Shown one piece after another: positions 47,543-58,314 of a stretch of DNA of 64,000 nucleotides. The translations under genes were made by a program, and so were the position numbers. The stretch lies in assembly GCF_046119375.1 (NCBI RefSeq), contig NW_027362772.1, positions 72,788,001 through 72,852,000 of the forward strand. The letters are read 5' to 3'. This DNA is from Phyllobates terribilis (taxonomy: Eukaryota). The notes beneath the pieces were generated by a model. That model saw nothing but the letters and a program-made list of their open reading frames with translations, did no database searches and was not told the origin of the DNA. Position 1 is the first letter of the stretch. The number at the start of each line of letters is the position of its first letter.

Positions 47543-47710
47543 GTGACCCCTGTGGCAATGCGACTTCTGCATGAGATGAGCTACAGCACCGGAGCTTCTT
47601 CTCTAAATAACAGCGACATAAACTTGGAAATCTCAACCTCCTTATCCAGCACAAACAACCTGCTGTCACTTCTGAGGAGCATCGAGGACATGATGGACTG
47701 GGAAAACTGA
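47543..47710 (+). CDS. irf3: Paralog B last coding exon
   Basis: ggcag|VTPVAMRLLHEMSYSTGASSLNNSDINLEISTSLSSTNNLLSLLRSIEDMMDWEN*; GASSL and pLxIS (NLEIS). Confidence 0.94.
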   Translation: MTPVAMRLLHEMSYSTGASSLNNSDINLEISTSLSSTNNLLSLLRSIEDMMDWEN

Positions 47711-47808
47711 GAATTAACACACTTCCATGCATCTTTACCCCTTCCAGCCACAGACATTTTGGGCCTTACTGACCAAGCATCATTTTTCAAAATGGACTAA
47801 CTGTATGG

Positions 47809-48149
47809 TTAAAGGGGTATTCCCATCTCCAAGATCCTACCCCAATATATAGTAGATGTAATTATAATAATATCAACAATTACCTCCAATTAGCTAGGTC
47901 ACTTACCCCATGTGCAGGGCATAGCAGTAGCTTAAGTATCCTTGGTTACGACCAGTAACAACTAACTGTCACTGTATGAGTGGTCGTAACCATTGATACC
48001 TAAGCTATTGCATTGCCCTGCACATGGGGCAAGGGACATAGTGAATCAGAAGAACTACACTGCATTTCTAATTAGAGGTAATTGCCATTATTATTATTAC
48101 ACCTACTACATATTGGGATAGGATCTTGGAGATGGAAATACCCCTTTAA
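47809..48149. mobile_element. T2/Kolobok-like palindromic MITE, copy 1 (presumed 3' UTR of paralog B)
   Basis: TTAA-AGGGGTATTCCCATCTCCAAGATCCTA ... TAGGATCTTGGAGATGGAAATACCCCT-TTAA; the arms pair over most of the element. Confidence 0.85.
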
Positions 48150-48465
48150 TTACTGTGAAATGCTTCTTACGATTCCACTGATTTTGAGGTTTTTTTTATG
48201 ACACATTGTACTTTATGTTAGTATTAAATTTGGGTCGATATGTTTCGCATTTAAAAAAAATCTAAAAATGAAAAAATAAAAGAAATTAAAACATGTAGAA
48301 AATGTTTCACATTTTGTTTTGCAAACTCAATTTTTTTTTTGCAGTTATTCAATTTGATTCCATGTTTTTCAGTAACACAGCAGGTGCTAACAGGGTAACA
48401 TTACTCCAGATTTATTACCCCCGATTTGGCATTTTTAGAAATATTTCATAAATGGCCGTAGTGTG

Positions 48466-48831
48466 TTAAAGGGCTATTCCCATCTCCAAGATCCTATCCC
48501 AATATGTACTAGGTGTAAAACTAAAATTATTAGCAAATACCTCCAATTAGAAATGTAGTATAGTTCTTCTGATTTGCTATGTCGCTTTCCCCATGTGCAG
48601 GGCATTGCAGTGGCTTAGGTATCCATGGTTACGACCACTAACAGCTGTCACTATATGAGTGGTCGTAACTATGGATACCAAAGCTACTGCAATGCCCTGA
48701 ACATGGGGTAAGCGACGTAACAAATCAGAAGAACTATAATACATTTCTAATTGGAGGTATTTACTAATATTTTTACTATTACACCTGGTACATATTTGGA
48801 TAGGATCTTGGAGATGGGAATACCCCTTTAA
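48466..48831. mobile_element. T2/Kolobok-like palindromic MITE, copy 2
   Basis: Same termini and TTAA target as copy 1. Confidence 0.85.
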
Positions 48832-49264
48832 GACTTAAACATATGATTGAAGAAGCTTAGGGTACTCCTTTTATTGGGACTTTTTCGAGGCAGCAGCATA
48901 GGTTTGCAGAAGCCTTAATTTGCCAAAACATTCCCAGAAAGGACTCTAATTTGGAAACTGCATCCCTCCGGGAATTTATCTGGGACCAACGATGAAAATA
49001 CATTTTTCTTTTTTTTTTCAAAATAATTTGTTGTTTCAGCTCCAAGTTTCTTGTTAACAGGAGAACTTGTAACGTAATTTCTCCTGAGTATATTGATTGG
49101 GCACACAAGAGGGTTCAGAATGGAAGAATCATAATTTGGCTTTTTGGAGCTCAGATTTTGCAGGAATGGCCTAATATTTCAGGAGTAGTGTGGAACGAAA
49201 AGGAAAACAGCAATTCAGAGATTCTTCGTTGGCATATTATGTAACATGGTGGAGATTGAGCAGG

Positions 49265-49540
49265 TCAGTCTTTGCTCAGGGGGTGGCGGAGTTTCTGCCT
49301 ATTTAACTTGTTGGTGGCAAACAAGGGTGTCCAACGAACCCTGCCAGATTCAAAAAACGTCATCAATATATCGGCGCCAGAATAAAGCATTTTCATGAAA
49401 GGTCTCATTATTATAGGTATAGTATTCCTCAACCTGTATCTGTAGAAAAAGATCATCCTAAAATAAAAAGAAACCAGACACACTAATTATTATTATCAAA
49501 AAGGAAGGCATCGATGGCTGGCTCTGGAGGTATTTCGAAA
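49265..49540 (-). pseudogene. Penelope-like element reverse transcriptase fragment
   Basis: Minus strand reads DDLFLQIQ..(deletion)..NALFWRRYIDDVF*IWQGSLDTL, the Penelope-type YIDD context; one internal stop. Confidence 0.7.
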
Positions 49541-50342
49541 AGTTATCATTAGAAAATGACCTTTTGTTTAAATAAGATTTTTGTATCAAATGTAGGTTTT
49601 CAAAAAAATGTTGGTAATTTTTTCCCCCCATATCACAATCTGTATTAAAAATAAATGTTGAAATTCTCACTGGCAACTGGGGCTTTTTTTAGATTCTAAC
49701 TTTCTGTTGTTTCAGGAAACAACACATGTACATTGTCAGCAATGAACACACTCAGATCTTGTCTTTTTTATTGAAGCTTCTAATGAGCATGTGCAAAGAT
49801 CATTGTGAAAGGAGGGGGGAGCTGTGACATCGCCTATTGTGATTGTTGGGTCCTGTGTGATCAGCTGAGTATAGAGGTGTTACCTGTCACTGTAATCCTA
49901 CCTCTGCTGATATGGAGCCTGCTGAAAACTCTTCAGAAAGTATAAGTCTAGAAGGAAAAAAAACAACCCAGTGCCAGTGTGAAAATTGAAAGATTACTAA
50001 TTTTGTTTTTAATAAAAAATCATGCTATGAAAAAATAAAGCAAATAACTCATTTTCTGATGATAGCTTCCCTTTAAATATTGCTGGCCAATAAAAATGAA
50101 AAGAGGATTTTTGGTACTCACCGTAAAATCCCTTTCTCGGAGCCTTCATTGGGGGACACAGGAAATCATGGGTGTATGCTGATGCCACTAGGAGGCTGAC
50201 ACTAGGCAGGAATAAAAAAGGCTAACTCCTCCCCAGCAGGCTACACCCACTGACAGGGAGAGAACTAACCAGTTTGTAAGAAAGGAGGTATAAAGAGACT
50301 ACCCTGAGATGAACCAACAATGGCACAAATAAGGGTGGGTGC

Positions 50343-50435
50343 AGTGTCCCCCAATGAAGGCTCCGAGAAAGGGATTTTACGGTGAGTACCAAAAATCCTC
50401 TTTTCTCTAACGCTTCATTGGGGGACACAGGAAAC
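50343..50435. other. DIRS internal complementary region (ICR) of the outer element
   Basis: The plus strand reproduces the minus-strand circle junction ...GGTGAGTACCAAAAATCCTC TTTT CTCTA.CG.TTCATTGGGGGACACAGG, i.e. it is complementary to both joined termini. The inner element has the equivalent at about 57924-58020. Confidence 0.8.
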
Positions 50436-51134
50436 CATGGGACGTCCAAAAGCAGTCCCTAGGGTGGGAAGAGACAAGTACTCAAAAAAGGTAAGGTCGG
50501 TCCACTGCTGCATGAGGGACCTCCTATTCAGATTGGCGCTGCTGAGGCCGAACGGAGCTACCGTGTAGTACAAGAAGGTGTGGACCGAAGACCAGGAAGG
50601 ATCACCAGTTCCTGGAGAGGTAGAAAGATTTTGGATAATCTTGGAGTGTTCCCCTTCGGGAGAAACTGCGGAGAAAAAACATAACAGTGAGTTCAGCGGA
50701 AAGAACCAGACTGTCTAATTTAGCGCTCCACCCTGGATGTAATACATGGCTGGGAAGATAAGACGGGAGAATCATGGACTTCCCGGTGGCTATTGACTGA
50801 GGTCCTAAAAGGCAGTTCCCAGGCCGAGGAACAAGTGTCACAGGACACTTTGTACTTTCGACAGGCGGAGAGCTTAAAAGAGAAGAGAGGATGGCTCCTC
50901 CCATACTGGAAAAACTTCGCCCAGAGGTAAGACGAAGGGTCACCCTGTCCCATGTTTTACACTGTCCCCCCATATTACTGAACATGCTTATGTAGAGATG
51001 ATAGAAGGGGGGAAACAGTGCAGGGAGATAGAAACCAAAGAGTCCGACTTTGAAAGGGAAGAATCCAGGACTCTTACCGTGGGAGCCTTGGCGCCAACGG
51101 AGGGAGGATTCCACACACACGATAGGAGTAATCA

Positions 51135-51435
51135 TGATGACACCTGTCAGGCTGGAGTAACGACCGCCCATCTGATGACACCTGTCAGGCTGGAGTAACG
51201 ACCGCCGATCTGATGACACCTGTCAGGCTGGAGTAACGACCGCCCATCTGATGACACCTGTCAGGCTGGAGTAACGACCGCCCATCTGATGACACCTGTC
51301 AGGCTGGAGTAACGACCGCCCATCTGATGACACCTGTCAGGCTGGAGTAACGACCGTCCATCTGATGACACCTGTCAGGCTGGAGTAACGACCGTCCATC
51401 TGATGACACCTGTCAGGCTTGAGTAACGACCGCCC
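51135..51435. repeat. 38-bp tandem repeat x8 (TGATGACACCTGTCAGGCTGGAGTAACGACCGCCCATC)
   Basis: Copies start at 51135, 51173 ... 51401; no unique spacers. Confidence 0.95.
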
Positions 51436-52990
51436 GACTGAAGTGAAAACTGTGATGAGGAAAAACTTTACCTGCCTCTGGAAATGTAAACGACCGACTG
51501 GTCCGTGTTACGCTGGACAGGCCGGTTGAGGAAGGGCCATCATATCCTGAATGGCGGAAGTTCTCTCGTCGAAGGGGAAGATACGGTAAGGGACACGGCA
51601 TTAAAGGGGGCCTTGTGGGGTAGGCGGCAGAATACTCAGGATGTAGAGTTAGGGATCCATCCTAAGCCGTCCGGAAAACGATAGTCCATCTTGGTCCTAG
51701 ACAGGTGACAATCCTGAAGGGAGGAAGAGAAGACGAGTACCTGTACGCGGAATCATGAATCCAAGCTGAGTTTCCCCGAGATGAGCTCCATTAACAACCA
51801 ATTAACCTGCAAATGTCGGGCGCTGCTGACAACTATAGGGAAAAATAAAAAACAGAGACAACAACTTGTGTAGGGGTACTCACGACTTCCTATAGGAGCT
51901 CGGAGGGAAAACTTGGCCAGGAGCTTGGACGGACCGGAGCAGTCCTGAAAGCCCCATAGCGGCAAGCAGAAGCAGTCTTGAGGACTGAACCTGCGACCTG
52001 ACGATGCAGAGATAGCCAGCGGCTTGTAACTGTTCGTGGAGGAGAGGAGGACAAAGCCGTGACGCGGCACCACGTACCAGACATTAACGGACGAGGCTAC
52101 TGAAAAAGGATACAGGATGAGCGGGCTGAGCGAATCCGTTTCCACGATGAACAGAGGCCTGTCCCTGACACGCACCAGATACCAGGTCTGTAACACCGTC
52201 AGGGCTGGAAAGACATCATGACGTAACTGATGAAGGCTTGAAGTGGTGAGTTCCTGAAGGAATAAGGTGTTAAGTACCGATACACAAACAGGCTGAGGAT
52301 CATGGATCGATAATTATACAGTAGGTAAAAGCAGGACGCTGCACTGTAACTGCAGACAAGGAAGGTAGTAGGTCTGATCCGCTATGGATAACAGTCAGAG
52401 AGCCAGTAATAGTTAATATAGGTAACCTTTCCCTAGATGTGGCTGTGGGCAGAAGAGAATGTCTGCCATAGGGAAACAGGGCTAATGGGTCTGACCTACA
52501 GCAGGATGTTGAGAACATAACAGACAGTTGACGCATAAGTAACTCTCTGTAGCAGAGGTAAGGGTGGATGAAGGCCTGTCTGTCCATAAATAGCAGGGGT
52601 GATATAACACCCTGCTCCTGATTCCTACTATAGACTGTAGAGGTGCTGACCGAGTATGACGGGTTACGGTACATACCTGCGAATCCTATCCCTAGGCACA
52701 GGGAGTGCGGCTCCTGTATATAGCTATACGGGAGTGCCATGCGATGAGGCAGTATCCGAGGAATCCTTTAGAGGAAATGGGCTGCAGAAATGAGGAATTC
52801 AGAATGTTACCTGATCTGGATACCTTATCCTGAAAGTCTCCCCTGTCTGCGGAGATTCTCTGATGGAGTCTTCATGGATGAATCGTCTAGCCTTCTGGAG
52901 GTAGACCGAGGGCTCCGTGGGAGAGGTAGTCTTCCTGATTAAGTCTGCTGATAGCTGTTGACCAGCTGTGCATCATGTCCTGTAACTTTA

Positions 52991-53816
52991 GGCTATGTGC
53001 CCACGATGCAGAAATGAAGCAGAAAATTTCTGCAGCATTTCTGCATCTCCCTGGCAGAAAAAACGCATGCAGATTGTGCATGCATTTTTCCTGCAGAATA
53101 CATGCGGATTCACATGCGGATTCACATGCGTTTCCGCATGCAGATTGACAAGCGCTTTCCAGGCGATAGTGCTTGACAACTAGGTCACACTATATAAATC
53201 CATGCAAACAGCATGGATTTATATAATGTGACCGTAAAACAATGCTTAAAATAAAGCTATACTCACCCCCGAGGCCCCGGCGTGGCTGCAGCGCTCGTTC
53301 CTGTCTGGTTCCCGGCTGCCGGCATATCGCGAGACAGAGCGGTGAAGGGCCTGCGGTCACATGACTGTGACGTCACCGAAGGTCCTTCAGCGCTGCCGGC
53401 ATGCAGAGAGAAGCCGCCAGACAGGTGAATATAAACTTTATTTGTTATTTTATTATTTTTTTCACAGGTACAATGGTACCCAGGTCTGGATGAGAGTCTC
53501 CTCTCCTCCAGAACTGGGTACCATCCGCACATTGAATCGCATATTATCCGCGTGTACAAATGTACAGACACGGATTCTATGCGTCTCAACGCAAGTCAAT
53601 GGCGGCGCTTCCGCTGCGCTTCCGCAAAATTAATGAACATGCTGCGGATTTATGAGCGCTGCAGAAACGCTGCGGAAAAATCTGCAGCATGTGCATTGAC
53701 ATTGCGGAATGCCATTGGTGACCATGGGGTGCGGATTACCATGCGTTTTTGATGCGTTTCCGCTGCGGAAACTCTGCAGCGGAAAGGCATGAAAAACGCA
53801 TCGTGGGCACGCAGCC
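52991..53816. mobile_element. Harbinger-like non-autonomous element inside the outer DIRS
   Basis: GGCTATGTGCCCACGATGC / GCATCGTGGGCACGCAGCC termini flanked by TTA/TAA. Confidence 0.7.
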
Positions 53817-54532
53817 TAAGAGCCGAGATGTAAATGGCAGGGGATCAGCGACAGACCCCAGACTACCTCTGGGAGAGAGGAGTAGGAATCATGGAAATGA
53901 ACCTGGATGGCGGTCCAGACGTTGAGTGGGAGTGAACCCGCTTATTCGACCTGTGTAATGTCGGTCACAGCTGCAAGTATCTGATTCAGGAGTAACTGAT
54001 CAGAGCTGCAGAGGCAGACGTATTCTTAGACAGCCGCATGGGGTCCTTAACCAAAGACTGAGATGCGCCCGCTTCTAAGACCTATGTAATGCGTCTAATT
54101 CAGGAGGAACTGATCAGAGCTGCAGAGGCGGATGGATTATTAATTAGCCGCAAGAGGACCTCAACCAAAGACTAAGATGTGTTGGTTAGGTCAGTATGAC
54201 TGAAATAGGGAGGCAACCTACTCTGAGGAGGGGGTGCGCTTTCATCCCTGGCGGCGGGGGGCTCCTGAGAGACTTAAATTAATCTGGCTGTGGTCAGAGC
54301 AGGGACACTTGGTCTGGAATAATAAAGTCCATAAACCCATACAGTTCATAGTCAGGGATGATTCAAACACTATGGTTCTGCAGTAAGATCCTGCACGAGA
54401 GAGAGCACCTTTCATTTGTATTTTATTTATTTATTTATTTTTTATTTTTTTATATATGGCATGACCATAGGCTATATGGTTCTGGAGTCTACAAAACTAT
54501 ATGGTTGCAACAAGATGTCTCTGATATGCCCA

Positions 54533-55830
54533 CAAACACTATGGGTTTGGAATGAGATGCCCCGTGAACACTATGTGTTTGGAATGAGATGCCCCGTGAA
54601 CACTATGTGTTTGGAATGAGATGCCCCGTAAACACTATGTGTTTGGAATGAGATGCCCCGTAAACACTATGGGTTTGGAATGAGATGCCCCGCAAACACT
54701 ATGGGTTTGGCATGAGATGCCCCGTGAACACTATGGGTTTGGAATGAGATGCCCCGTGAACACTATGTGTTTGGAATGAGATGCCCCGTAAACACTATGG
54801 GTTTGGAATGAGATGCCCCGCAAACACTATGTGTTTGGAATGAGATGCCCCGTAAACACTATGGGTTTGGAATGAGATGCCCCGCAAACACTATGGGTTT
54901 GGAATGAGATGCCCCGCAAACACTATGGGTTTGGAATGAGATGCCCCGTGAACACTATGTGTTTGGAATGAGATGCCCCGTAAACACTATGGGTTTGGAA
55001 TGAGATGCCCCGCAAACACTATGGGTTTGGAATGAGATGCCCCGCAAACACTATGTGTTTGGAATGAGATGCCCCGCAAACACTATGTGTTTGGAATGAG
55101 ATGCCCCGCAAACACTATGGGTTTGGAATGAGATGCCCCGCAAACACTATGGGTTTGGAATGAGATGCCCCGCAAACACTATGGGTTTGGAATGAGATGC
55201 CCCGCAAACACTATGGGTTTGGAATGAGATGCCCCGCAAACACTATGGGTTTGGCATGAGATGCCCCGCGAACACTATGGGTTTGGAATGAGAAGCCCAG
55301 CGAACACTATGGGTTTGGAATGAGATGCCCCGCAAACACTATGGGTTTGGAATGAGATGCCCCGCAAACACTATGGGTTTGGATTGAGATGCCCCGCGAA
55401 CACTATGGGTTTGGAATGAGATGCCCCGTGAACACTATGTGTTTGGAATGAGATGCCCCGTAAACACTATGGGTTTGGAATGAGATGCCCCGTGAACACT
55501 ATGTGTTTGGAATGAGATGCCCCGTAAACACTATGGGTTTGGAATGAGATGCCCCGCAAACACTATGGGTTTGGAATGAGATGCCCCGCGAACACTATGG
55601 GTTTGGAATGAGATGCCCCGCAAACACTATGGGTTTCGAAGGAGATGCCCCGCAAACACTATGGGCTTGGAAGGAGTTCCCCCGCAAACACTATGGGCTT
55701 GGAAGGAGATGCCCCGCAAACACTATGGGCTTGGCATGAGATGCCTTGCAAACACTATGGGTTTGGAATAGTGGCTCACAAACACTATGGAGATGGAATG
55801 AGATGCCCCACAAACGCTATGGTTGTGGAA
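54533..55830. repeat. 32-bp minisatellite (AACACTATGGGTTTGGAATGAGATGCCCCGCA)n, about 40 copies
   Basis: Period 32 (54601, 54633); homogeneous core with a degenerate right end. Confidence 0.97.
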
Positions 55831-58071
55831 TAAGCTGACTAGGCCTACCTGGTCCTGTGTGGAGACCCTGTTGTTGCCCAGCTAGAGGTCCACGAATATT
55901 GCCTGAAAATATGCCGGGGGCTGTAGGCATCCGCTGTGCATGGACGTGTGGATGGAGCTAAGGCAGGGCAAAAGGCATCTGCAGATAGACCGGTGGCGCG
56001 GCTGGGCCATGCCAAGAGCCACAGACAGCCGTGTTGATGAGTGGCGAGCATATATAAGCCGTGGGCGTCCGCAGACGCATGGATGTCGCGGCAGAGACTA
56101 TGGTGGGGGCCCAGGCCGCCGCACGGAAGCCGTAGCAGGAGCTGACCCGGGTTCGGCAGGCAGCCGCTCGGGTGTTGTGGCCAGGGCTGTGAGGCCGCAG
56201 ATGGATGGGAACTGCAGCTGGAGACATGCTGCGAGCCACAGACAGGTATATAGATGTGGTGGTGAGCGGGCTAGAAGCTGCGGGCGTCCAGAGTAACATG
56301 AATGCTGCGGCTGGAGCTGAGGCCCGCAGGAAGTGGTACTGGAGCTGCGGTCAGGACTGAGACCAGGCCGGTCGGAAGCCGCACCAACGCAGCGGCCGGA
56401 GCCGAGCCGGGGCCGCAGTCAGCCGCACGGATGTTGAGGCCGGGACTGTGAGGCCGCAGTCAGATGGGAGCTGCGACTGGAGATATACTGGAAGCCACAG
56501 AAGGAATATTGAGTTGGTGCCCGCAGGTAGCATTACTGATGCAGCCGTGAGGGCTGAGATCGGGCCGGTAGGCAGCCACACCGATGTTGCAGCTGGGGCT
56601 GAGCCGTGGCCCGCCGGCAGCCGTACAGATGCTGCAGCTGGAGCTGAGTCGGGGCCCGAAGGCAGCTGCACAGATGCTGCGGCCAGGACAGTGCTGGGAA
56701 TCACAGGTGGCCGTATGAATGCCGCGACCGGCCGAACCAGGAATCGCAGGCAGCTGCACGGATGCCGTGGCTCGGCAGTGCTGGGTCCCGCAGGCAGCAG
56801 CACAGAAGCTGTAGCCGGGGCTTTGCATATGAGATGCCTCTGCAGTCGCATGGAAAAAGATGGCGGGAATGGAGGGGGGCGGGGCCAAAAAGGGCACGCA
56901 GAGAGCCCGCTCTGAGAAGACAGTAAAAACCCAAAGGATTGGTTCAAAAAGGCGCGGGGAAGGCACCACTGCTATGATAGGCTAGGGAGAAGGGGGGTGG
57001 CCTAAGCGGAGCATGGAGCTGGGCTGAAGCCGGGGTCTAAATTTATTGGAAAGACACATGTGTCTTTGCTGTGGAGCCCTGCCGCCAATTACAGGGAGCT
57101 ATGGAAGGGAGGGATACCTGCATCCAGACGTGGTCCCGACTCCTTCTTCACAGCTCTGAAGACGGCATCAGGAGCTCCCGGGAATAAAAAGGGGGTCAAC
57201 TGGGATCTTTGCGTCTTCCTTCCTGCACCGTCTCTGGTCCCAGACGGTGCAGAAGACGGTGTCGACCCTGAATGAAGGGAGGGTCACTGACTAGTGACCA
57301 CAGTCTTCCTCCCGGCCCGCTCCGATGAGGGGGCTGCGGGGAGGGGAAGGCAGGACCGTCCGCCATGAGCAGCTCCGAGACACGCTTGAGGTGTTGGAGG
57401 GAAAAAAGGGTCCTGCCTGTTAGACAAGAGAGTGGACGATGTGAGCGACACCACATTGTTCTCTCTGTCCCAAAACGTGGGAAATCAGGGTGAGCTGTTA
57501 CAGCCTGTTGCCCGAAGTCACAAGCTGAATCAGAAAGAAAAAGATCATTAGTAAAACACAACAAGATGGTAGAGAAAGGTCTGAGCGCAGACCCATGTCT
57601 TGCCTCCTTGGACACTAAGCAAAAGAGGGATTTTTGGTACTCACCGTAAAATCTCTTTCTTGGAGCCTTCATTGGGGGACACAGGACCATGGAGTGTATG
57701 CTGTTGTCACTAGGAGGTTGACACTAGGCAAAAAAAAAAAAAAAATGTTCTCCTCCGCAGTATACACCCGCCTACAGGCACCAAGCTCACCAGTTAGTGG
57801 CTAAAGCAGTAGGAGGAACTTAAAACAATTAACTATGCAATGCCCAACGGGGCACAACCGTGAAAACTAAATTAGATGCCCAACAGGGCCCACTGTACCT
57901 ATGCCCAAAATCAGGGAGGGTGCTGTGTCCCCCAATGAAGGCTCCAAGAAAGAGATTTTACGGTGAGTACCAAAAATCCCTCTTTCTTCATCGCTTCATT
58001 GGGGGACACAGGACCATGGGACGTCCAAAAGCAGTCCCTAGGGTGGGAGAACAGAAAAAGGTAGCCACAGA

Positions 58072-58314
58072 CTAGGTCTGACTGCAGGCAACCGCTGCCT
58101 GCAGAACCTTCCGTCCAAGACTGGCAACAGCCGATGAATAAGTGTGGACCTTGCAAAACCTTGAAAAGGTGTGGAGTGAAGACCATGTTGCGGCCTTACA
58201 GCTCTGAGAAGCTGAAGCCTGATAGCGAACAGCCCAAGAGGCCCCCACCGCCCGGGTGGAGTGAGCCCTTACCCCCGGAGGGGGAGATTTGTCCGAGACG
58301 CGATATGCCCCCAA
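58072..58314 (-). pseudogene. DIRS tyrosine recombinase C-terminus (frameshifted from 58269-60584)
   Basis: AHSTR (HxxR) and KAATWSS.HTFSRFCK; the expected catalytic Tyr position reads Cys (TGC). Confidence 0.85.

Larger units (their letters stand above)
24856..47710 (+). other. irf3: IRF3-like paralog B, complete gene model: join(24856-25023,39667-39832,40416-40504,42231-42282,42410-42613,43233-43313,44306-44674,45469-45587,47543-47710) = 1416 nt, 471 aa
   Basis: All introns are GT-AG, the phases chain without stops and the length is divisible by 3. The product has a five-Trp IRF DBD, linker, IAD and GASSL/pLxIS tail. The four linker exons are less certain than the domain exons. Confidence 0.85.

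Noticed and set aside
51135-51435. CRISPR-like look of the 38-bp repeat with an internal palindrome
   Set aside because: Units are contiguous with no unique spacers, the context is eukaryotic, and there are no cas genes.
55845-56969. Ala/Pro-rich ORFs in the GC-rich part of the outer DIRS
   Set aside because: Degenerate repeat-derived and broken by stops or frameshifts; no identifiable domain, so not called a gene.
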